DNA of 64,000 nucleotides from an uncultured Candidatus Saccharibacteria bacterium (lineage in GTDB: Bacteria > Patescibacteriota > Minisyncoccia > Phycocordibacterales > UBA9973): NCBI GenBank assembly GCA_964473175.1, contig CAYYNN010000001.1:100603-164602 (forward strand), written 5' to 3'. The position numbers and the translations under genes are program-made. This document shows, piece after piece, positions 57,966 through 64,000 of the stretch; the first letter of the stretch is position 1; the number at the start of each line of letters is the position of its first letter. The notes below the pieces were generated by a model. It did not search any database. It was not told the origin of the DNA and worked only from the letters and a program-made list of their open reading frames with translations.

Positions 57966-58718
57966 TTATTTTTGAAATACAAACAAATGTTCGTGCATGA
58001 TAAGTAAGAAATTTGCCTCTTTTGATTTGTTTACCCAAAAACCCGTAGCCTTACAGTTGAATTGTCGCTTGATAATGTCTTCTTTGAGTAAGAACCCAGC
58101 TTTCAAAAACCTCTCCATCACTTTGAAAGCGAGTGGTTGGTACATTTTATTTCTTCTTGTATCTCCCATCAGTATCGCGCAATATTTCCCTGGTTTGAGT
58201 ACTCGATACAGTTCATGGGCCACCTTTTCCATTTCATCTGAAAATGCATCAATACTATGAATCCCTGATATATCTTCCGGGATTTTCCCTTCACTATATT
58301 TAATAATATCTGCATATGGCGGGTGGGTAAGGACAAAATCTATTTCATTATCCTTAATAAATTGTAAATCTCGAGCATCACCTTTGACTATTCTTTGCTT
58401 AGCTTTGTTATCTACTTCAAAGCCGACGGATTTTTTTGTTCGTTCAAGCGCCTCATTGTTTACATCTACACAAGTAATATGGCGATTGAGAATCTTGGCT
58501 TCTATAGCAGTAGTACCACCACCTATCATACAGTCGAGCAAATGATCGCCTTCTTTTGAATATCTCAATATTAGATTGCGCACTACTTCAGGTGCCCAGT
58601 TCCCTCGCCAATCTGATGCGTGTGTCGCCCAGTTCCCCCTCCGCGGAAAAGCCCAGACTGTAGTGCACTCCATTTCAAAATTTTCCGGATGAAGTTTTAG
58701 TTCTTTAGGCAAATTCAT
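57966..58718 (-). CDS. DNA methyltransferase, N4/N6 (pfam01555-like) family
   Basis: 250 aa. The SAM-binding region (…DHLLDCMIGGGTTAIEAK…) is preceded by …HASDWRGNWAPEVVRNLI… (compare HPTQKP…LI). The catalytic motif THPPY sits about 70 aa downstream, followed by …LKPGKYCAILMGD…. Confidence 0.7.
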   Translation of the reverse strand: MNLPKELKLHPENFEMECTTVWAFPRRGNWATHASDWRGNWAPEVVRNLILRYSKEGDHLLDCMIGGGTTAIEAKILNRHITCVDVNNEALERTKKSVGFEVDNKAKQRIVKGDARDLQFIKDNEIDFVLTHPPYADIIKYSEGKIPEDISGIHSIDAFSDEMEKVAHELYRVLKPGKYCAILMGDTRRNKMYQPLAFKVMERFLKAGFLLKEDIIKRQFNCKATGFWVNKSKEANFLLIMHEHLFVFQK

Positions 58719-58734
58719 TTTTATTTATTATCAT

Positions 58735-59538
58735 CTAAATTTTTATTATATATTTTTTTGCCTTTATAATTTTCATCCCTAAACTAGATATTGTAGTATC
58801 TTGATCAAAATCATATGCCCAATATTCAATACAATCTCCTTTTGTTTCAGCTAACAAAACTAGAGAATAAACTTTTTTAGTCTTAAGAAGATTTTGCCAT
58901 TTGAGTAATGGAATAAGTACCTGGTTTATATCAAAGTCAGACTGTTTGAAGGAACTTTTCATTTCAACAATAACAACATCTTTAGCCCATTCGAAACCGC
59001 CATCTATTTCTATTTGAGCTTTTTTTACATCAACCATAACGCCATTAATAAGAATGTGAGTGTTTGCTCTCTGTCTTCCTCCTGTAAATAAAACTCCAGG
59101 ATCTTTTAGGTTATAGAAATCTGATATTAATCCTATATGATTTGCAATTGCAAGAAGTGTGGTTTCTCCTGGGTTTGACTTAGTTTTTAATGTATCCTTA
59201 ATCCCAATAAACATCCCCTCTGTCAGCGCATTTTTTGGTGGGAAAATACCACCGTTTTTTGGTTCTGAAAAATTAATACTTGGAGGACGAGCAGTTATTT
59301 TCCATGAATTTCTAGTTAATGGAAGCTTTGAAATTCCTCTTTTCTTAATTGCTAACAACTTCTCATGCTCATAGTGAAATATACGAATTTCTCCTTGTCC
59401 TGATTTTTTATATTTTGATAAAATAGGAATGAGATCTTCTTTTGTGTAAACAACAGAATCAACGCCTTTTATTCTATTATCCCAAATTTTCTCTAAAAGC
59501 TCTTCCCACGCTTTTTCTTTCCAAGAATCCTTTTTCAT
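58735..59538 (-). CDS. putative type II restriction endonuclease
   Basis: 267 aa. No family motif recognised by eye; a possible PD-(D/E)xK-like element lies at …EIDGGFEWAKDVVIVEMK…. The call rests on its position between the two MTases (M-R-M order as in MboI) and its REase-like size. Confidence 0.4.
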   Translation of the reverse strand: MKKDSWKEKAWEELLEKIWDNRIKGVDSVVYTKEDLIPILSKYKKSGQGEIRIFHYEHEKLLAIKKRGISKLPLTRNSWKITARPPSINFSEPKNGGIFPPKNALTEGMFIGIKDTLKTKSNPGETTLLAIANHIGLISDFYNLKDPGVLFTGGRQRANTHILINGVMVDVKKAQIEIDGGFEWAKDVVIVEMKSSFKQSDFDINQVLIPLLKWQNLLKTKKVYSLVLLAETKGDCIEYWAYDFDQDTTISSLGMKIIKAKKYIIKI

Positions 59539-59542
59539 ATAT

Positions 59543-60499
59543 TTAATAATTAGTTACCAAAACCTCAGTTATTTTCCCTCTCCCAGAGGCTTTTGAATTT
59601 ATAGCTCTTCCTGCAGAAACTTTGTTTATACGAATACCTTTAAGATTTGAATAGATTTTATTAATAAATGGTGTATCAGAATTTGAAAGCATCACAAAAC
59701 AACCCTTATTGCTTAACTCGACAAAAGTATCGCGGAGCTCTAGCTGTTCTTTATCCAAGAAAGATTCTTTGGTATACGACGTAAATGATGCAGTTTTACT
59801 TACTGGATAGTATGGTGGATCAAAATAGACGAAGTCACCCTTTTTTGCCTTTTTTAGTATAGCTTTATAATCTTGATGTTTAATTTCAATATTTTGCAAT
59901 GCGTTGGATACTCGTCGCAAATTTTCTGCATCACAAATCTTGGGATTAGTATATTTTCCAAATGGTACATTAAATCCCCCCTTACTATTTACTCGGTACA
60001 TACCATTAAAACAAGTACGGTTCAAAAAGATAAATCTCGAAGCAATAGCAAGATCTGTGAGTTTATTTGTATCTTGTGCACGAATCTTTAAAAAGTATTC
60101 TTTATCAGTTTTATGTTTTTTAAGCGAAATGATAAGTTTTTCTACATCATTTTTAATAGTGTTATATGTAACAACAAGCTCTTTGTTTAAATCTGATAGA
60201 AAACCATTTTGTGGAAGAAGATCAAAAAACACTGCGCCACCTCCAACAAACGGTTCAAAATATCTTCCTTTAGTGATATCAAATTTCTCTGGTGGGTATA
60301 GATTTAGTTTTCTAAACTGTTCTAGAAGTTGTCTCTTGCCTCCAACCCATTTTACAAAAGGTTTTGGCTTTTCGTTCAGAAATTGAGTCGCATATGCAAT
60401 AGGATCTTTATTCCCTGCTTGCAACAAAATATGCTGCGCCAAAATCGCATTTATATTAAAAGTCTCTTGTATAGCTCGAATATCCACCTTATTCGTCAT
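59543..60499 (-). CDS. Dam-family N6-adenine DNA methyltransferase (alpha class)
   Basis: 318 aa; Dam signature …KPFVKWVGGKRQLL…, motif I FEPFVGGGAVFF and motif IV FVYFDPPYYP at the C-terminus. Confidence 0.85.
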   Translation of the reverse strand: MTNKVDIRAIQETFNINAILAQHILLQAGNKDPIAYATQFLNEKPKPFVKWVGGKRQLLEQFRKLNLYPPEKFDITKGRYFEPFVGGGAVFFDLLPQNGFLSDLNKELVVTYNTIKNDVEKLIISLKKHKTDKEYFLKIRAQDTNKLTDLAIASRFIFLNRTCFNGMYRVNSKGGFNVPFGKYTNPKICDAENLRRVSNALQNIEIKHQDYKAILKKAKKGDFVYFDPPYYPVSKTASFTSYTKESFLDKEQLELRDTFVELSNKGCFVMLSNSDTPFINKIYSNLKGIRINKVSAGRAINSKASGRGKITEVLVTNY

Positions 60500-60537
60500 T
60501 AGTAGTATTTTACCACCATTTAACTGTTTTCCTATAT

Positions 60538-60933
60538 CTACCTATTCAACCACGTCACACTTAACTGCAACACCGTCGCAAAACTCACCCACGCTAGATA
60601 CGGAATATTGATCAAGGCAACCCACTTGATATGGGGATAGATCGCAACCATTGCCCAGACGAGCGTGATGAGGACAAGGAGGATGTCGATCGCGGCGAGG
60701 AAGTTGTTCTTGAGGCCGAACTGGAAGTAGGTAAAGGAGAAGTTGAAAATAAGGTTGAGGACAAATGGGAACGCGAGTATGCGTGGAAGCTCGCTGCGTA
60801 TCACCTTGAGAAATACGGTGCCAAAGCTCACCGTGATGAGTATATAGAGTACGGTCCATACCGGACCAAAGAGCCATGACGGTGGCGCCCATGAAGGACG
60901 GATGAGAGTCGAGTACCATGAGGACGAATTCAT
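60538..60933 (-). CDS. tspO: TspO/MBR (tryptophan-rich sensory protein) family membrane protein
   Basis: About 131 aa from MNSSSWYSTLIRPSWAPPSWLFGPVWTVLY…; 5 TM helices. GC content (~50%) is well above that of the adjacent R-M genes (~30%). Confidence 0.8.
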   Translation of the reverse strand: MNSSSWYSTLIRPSWAPPSWLFGPVWTVLYILITVSFGTVFLKVIRSELPRILAFPFVLNLIFNFSFTYFQFGLKNNFLAAIDILLVLITLVWAMVAIYPHIKWVALINIPYLAWVSFATVLQLSVTWLNR

Positions 60934-60983
60934 ACCTTTATAGTCCCACAAAATCAGTCTTTTTCATACTGTTTTTAATATAT

Positions 60984-61011
60984 TTGACATTTTATAATTA
61001 TTATGTAAAAT
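60984..61011 (+). promoter_or_regulatory. putative promoter ttgaca-N16-(tgt)taaaat with an extended -10, driving 61028 (+)
   Basis: ttgaca at 60984-60989; the TGn element plus taaaat at 61003-61011; ATG at 61028; no SD. Confidence 0.4.
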
Positions 61012-61027
61012 ATAAAAAAACTTAACT

Positions 61028-61471
61028 ATGACACAAAAAGGATCATTACCCACCAAAGGTAAGATAGAGTTTGAGTTAAAAACAGAGCAATTAATGCTTT
61101 TCCAAAAAGGACTCCTCTCTAAGGTTGAAATTGAAGCAATCATATCTTTCCCTGAAAAACCTGAAATTTCAAGCAAAAGAATTCGATTCGAAGTTTTAAA
61201 CGTCTGGAGTCCAGAAGATAGTTCTCAAAAAACTACTTCTACTGCTACAGATGGGAATATGGGGAAAGCTACGCTTAATGGAATGCACCAGGCTCAAATT
61301 TACCTTGTCGACCACATACTTAGTAAGTCATGTTGGTCATTCACTGGAACACTGGTTGGCTCAAAGCAGATACCTATTGTTATCCAATACTATCAGTGCT
61401 TAAATTATGGAACCTACTGTTTTAAACCTGATAATATGGAGCTCAGTGAATTCAATTTCCGATTAAATTAA
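61028..61471 (+). CDS. hypothetical protein (orphan)
   Basis: 147 aa; no recognisable motif. Its own promoter and terminator flank it. Confidence 0.45.
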   Translation: MTQKGSLPTKGKIEFELKTEQLMLFQKGLLSKVEIEAIISFPEKPEISSKRIRFEVLNVWSPEDSSQKTTSTATDGNMGKATLNGMHQAQIYLVDHILSKSCWSFTGTLVGSKQIPIVIQYYQCLNYGTYCFKPDNMELSEFNFRLN

Positions 61472-61482
61472 TTACTCCAATA

Positions 61483-61510
61483 TCCGCCATTTTGGCGGAT
61501 ATTTTTTATG
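61483..61510 (+). terminator. bidirectional rho-independent terminator (atccgcca-tttt-tggcggat + T-run)
   Basis: An 8-bp stem, a 4-nt loop and attttttat. It overlaps the uvrB stop codon and follows the 61028..61471 (+) ORF. Confidence 0.55.
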
Positions 61511-63635
61511 GATTAACATACGTCTTCTCTCGCAACACCCCAATCTCATCGCGGAGTATGGCTGCAGTCTCAAAGTCGAGCAACTTCACTGCTTCTTTCA
61601 TTTCTTCTTCTTTTATTTTTATAAGCTTCTCTATTGGATTCTTGCCTTTGGTCTTGCGCCCCTTCTGATCCTTTTCGATCTGTGCAAAGAGTTCGAGGTC
61701 GAGTGCGAGCTCGGCATTCACCGCCTTACTATGTTCGGTCTCCATGCCTTCGGTGATATCACGAATGACTTTGGAAATAGTTTTGGGAGTGATGCCGTGC
61801 TTTTTGTTATAGGCAAGCTGAATGTTGCGACGTCGAGTTGTTTCCTTGATCGCGCGTTCCATCGAGCCAGTCATGTTGTCCGCATAGAGGATGACGCGAC
61901 CGTTGGCATTGCGGGCTGCGCGACCTATCGTCTGGATAAGTGAGACTTCACTACGGAGGAATCCTTCTTTGTCTGCATCAAGTATCCCGATCAATGACAC
62001 TTCGGGCATATCGAGCCCTTCTCGCAGCAAGTTCACACCCACCAATATATCAAACTCGCCTTTGCGGAACTTGGTGATGATCTGGATGCGTTCGATCGTT
62101 TTGATATCGGAGTGCAGGTATTCGGCTTTTATTTTCTTGTCTTTGAGATAGGCGCTGAGGTCTTCGGCCATGCGTTTGGTCAATGTCGTTGCGAGCACGC
62201 GTCCACCACTTGCAATTTCTTTTTCTGCTTCAGCTATGAAGTCCTGGACTTGGCCTTTGTAGTCAGTCTTTGCTTGTGCTTCATCAGTATCAAGTATGCG
62301 TTCTGTCTCATCAGGACGAAATGCGATCGCACTGCCTTCGAGAATCGGCCGTACTTCGACCAGCGGGTCTACAAGCCCCGTCGGTCTGATGATCTGCTCC
62401 ACGACTTGCTCTGAGTGTTCTGCTTCGTATTTGCCTGGCGTTGCTGAGACAAATATGGTTTGACCAATGCGTTCCTTGAACTCTTCAAACTTGAGCGGTC
62501 GGTTGTCCTTGGCACTCGGCAAACGAAAACCAAACTCTACGAGCGTTTGTTTGCGTGATGCATCGCCTGCATACATGCCGCCGAGTTGTGGGATCGTCAC
62601 GTGACTTTCATCAATGAACAACATAAAGTCTGGCGAACCATCAGCCTTGTGCGGGAAATATGAAAGGAGTGTCTCTGGTGGTTCACCGACTGCTTTGCCT
62701 GATAGGTGGCGTGAGTAGTTCTCAATACCCGAGCAATATCCCATCTCGCGGATCATCGCGAGGTCATACGTAGTGCGACGCTTGATACGTTCACCTTCGA
62801 GCAACTTGCCTTCGAGTTCAAAATGTTTGAGCTGTTGGGCGAGCTCATGTGATATGTCTGCGACGGCGCGATCTTTTTCTTCTGAGTTGGTGATGAAGTG
62901 TTTTGCCGGGAATATGTATACAAAAGGCTCATCGTCTACCAATATCTTGGACGATACTGGATCAATCTTGATGATGGAGTTGACGACATTGCCCGTGAAG
63001 TCAATCTGATACATGATCGTGTCAGATATCGGCATGATGTCGATCTTGTTGCCGAGCGCTCTAAACGTCCCGCTCTCGAGATCTGCGGTGGTACGCGAGA
63101 ACTGTATCGAGATCAGTCGCTCCATGGCTTGCGTGCGCGAGAGCTTCATTCCTTTTTCTATTTTAAAATTTGTTTTTTCATACTCTACCGGAGATCCGAG
63201 ACCGTAGATGCACGATACTGACGCAACAATGATCACGTCTTTGCGTGTGAGCAGAGCTTGGGTGGTGGCATGACGTAGACGATCGATTTCTTTGTTGATC
63301 TGCGCGTCTTTTTCGATGAAGGTATCGGTGATCGGCATGTATGCCTCGGGTTGGTAGTAGTCGTAGTATGAGACGAAGTAGTGCACGACGTTGTCGGGGA
63401 AATAACTCTTGAACTCTTGGGCAAGTTGTGCGGCGAGTGTCTTGTTGTGTGCGATCACCAGTGTCGGCTTTTGCACTTCTTCGATAATGTTCGCCATCGT
63501 GAACGTCTTACCAGTCGCAGTTGCGCCGAGCAATGTCTGTAATTGCTTGCCGTCTTTGAGACCTTTCACGAGCTTTTTGATAGCTTCGGGCTGGTCCCCC
63601 GCTGGTTGGTATTCACCTGAGAGTTTGAATTGCAT
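61506..63635 (-). CDS. uvrB: excinuclease ABC subunit B
   Basis: 709 aa from MQFKLSGEYQPAGDQPEAIKKLV…; Walker A LLGATATGKTF, helicase motifs, the beta-hairpin region and the C-terminal UVR domain. The track ORF has a 75-aa non-homologous extension. Confidence 0.9.
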   Translation of the reverse strand: MQFKLSGEYQPAGDQPEAIKKLVKGLKDGKQLQTLLGATATGKTFTMANIIEEVQKPTLVIAHNKTLAAQLAQEFKSYFPDNVVHYFVSYYDYYQPEAYMPITDTFIEKDAQINKEIDRLRHATTQALLTRKDVIIVASVSCIYGLGSPVEYEKTNFKIEKGMKLSRTQAMERLISIQFSRTTADLESGTFRALGNKIDIMPISDTIMYQIDFTGNVVNSIIKIDPVSSKILVDDEPFVYIFPAKHFITNSEEKDRAVADISHELAQQLKHFELEGKLLEGERIKRRTTYDLAMIREMGYCSGIENYSRHLSGKAVGEPPETLLSYFPHKADGSPDFMLFIDESHVTIPQLGGMYAGDASRKQTLVEFGFRLPSAKDNRPLKFEEFKERIGQTIFVSATPGKYEAEHSEQVVEQIIRPTGLVDPLVEVRPILEGSAIAFRPDETERILDTDEAQAKTDYKGQVQDFIAEAEKEIASGGRVLATTLTKRMAEDLSAYLKDKKIKAEYLHSDIKTIERIQIITKFRKGEFDILVGVNLLREGLDMPEVSLIGILDADKEGFLRSEVSLIQTIGRAARNANGRVILYADNMTGSMERAIKETTRRRNIQLAYNKKHGITPKTISKVIRDITEGMETEHSKAVNAELALDLELFAQIEKDQKGRKTKGKNPIEKLIKIKEEEMKEAVKLLDFETAAILRDEIGVLREKTYVNP

Positions 63636-63717
63636 ATGTGCATTATATAGAAGTAGGAACTTATTGACAAATAGATTTTTTAATATATAGTAATAGAAAT
63701 TTAAAAAAATAATAGTT

Positions 63718-63921
63718 ATGAAAAAAAAGAAAAATAAGGTTGTAGTTTCAAAAGACAATTTGAAACTACCCGAGGAAACAACAAATTCTAAAATGATACA
63801 AGATGGAGGAATTGAATTTTTTATCCCAGAAACAGAACACTCAGAAGTTTTTCTTTTCAATGACCATTTAAACGAGGGCTTAACAAATGGAATTGCTGCT
63901 TTACGTATTCCTAATGACTAA
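63718..63921 (+). CDS. hypothetical small protein
   Basis: 67 aa ORF with a Lys-rich N-terminus. It lies upstream of and divergent from uvrB. Weak call. Confidence 0.2.
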   Translation: MKKKKNKVVVSKDNLKLPEETTNSKMIQDGGIEFFIPETEHSEVFLFNDHLNEGLTNGIAALRIPND

Positions 63922-64000
63922 ATTATTATCCATTAGTAACAAACGCTACTTTTATAAGGTGGCTTTTTTTATTTCTTATAATACCTCTCCACAAACTCCT

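Noticed and set aside
60542-60919. Alternative-frame ORFs (125 aa '-', 82 aa '+') inside tspO
   Set aside because: They are produced by the locally high GC content. The TspO reading frame has the clear family signature.
1-64000. CRISPR arrays, rRNA genes, transposases or integrases, group I/II introns
   Set aside because: I scanned for regularly spaced direct repeats, rRNA-like conserved blocks and IS-like terminal inverted repeats and found none. The only tandem repeat is a short gaaataaa x3.5 at 50044-50071.

Overview
The window looks like a compact, gene-dense bacterial chromosome segment (coding density is about 90%). Most genes are housekeeping, and the overall picture suggests a reduced-genome organism of the Patescibacteria/CPR type. 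That inference rests on gene content: truncated aminoacyl-tRNA synthetases (AlaRS 578 aa, ValRS 713 aa), a short UvrC, an Nth homologue with no Fe-S cysteine cluster, a PriA homologue with degenerate helicase motifs, many lineage-specific membrane proteins, and no biosynthetic genes. Typical GC content is about 45% by eye.

Confidently recognised genes:
- A ribosomal/RNAP cluster, infA-rpmJ-rpsM-rpsK-rpsD-rpoA-rplQ-rplM-rpsI. The rpmJ gene (L36) is missing from the ORF track and was found by hand.
- Translation and tRNA modification: alaS, valS, leuS, lepA, frr, rpsU, ybeY, mnmA, tsaD.
- Envelope and cell division: mreB, ftsA, ftsZ, an FtsB/DivIC-like protein, murJ, ddl, mltG, rseP, an O-antigen-ligase/TPR protein, two GT4 glycosyltransferases, DedA, PrsW, MgtC.
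- Nucleotide excision repair and replication: uvrA, uvrB, uvrC, nth-like, a priA-like protein, a holB-like protein, a DnaQ-like exonuclease.
- Stress and redox: hsp20, glutaredoxin, trxB, pepF, PCD.
- Four tRNAs: Val-GAC, Glu-TTC, Phe-GAA, Arg-CCT.

Accessory and unusual regions worth a second look:
- 57.9-61.0 kb, an AT-rich three-gene R-M locus with MboI/DpnII-like organisation (Dam-like MTase, putative REase, N4/N6 MTase). It sits next to a GC-rich tspO, so the two are probably a horizontally acquired mosaic.
- 26.5-26.7 kb, a tRNA-Val(GAC) that appears to carry a G3:U70 pair. About 120 bp away is a degraded copy of its 3' half that still has a CCA end, which may be an att-site remnant.
- 4.3-6.8 kb, a divergent actin-fold ATPase plus a single-pass membrane protein. 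They occupy the place where adk and map usually follow infA.
- 15.3-16.3 kb, a protein that looks like a sigma-70 region-4 domain fused to a HARE-HTH domain.
- Orphan '+'-strand hypothetical genes with their own promoters and terminators at 51.1-52.1, 55.9-56.2 and 61.0-61.5 kb, some of them leaderless.

No CRISPR array, rRNA gene, transposase or integrase gene was seen. All calls come from reading the sequence and translations by eye. No database search was run.
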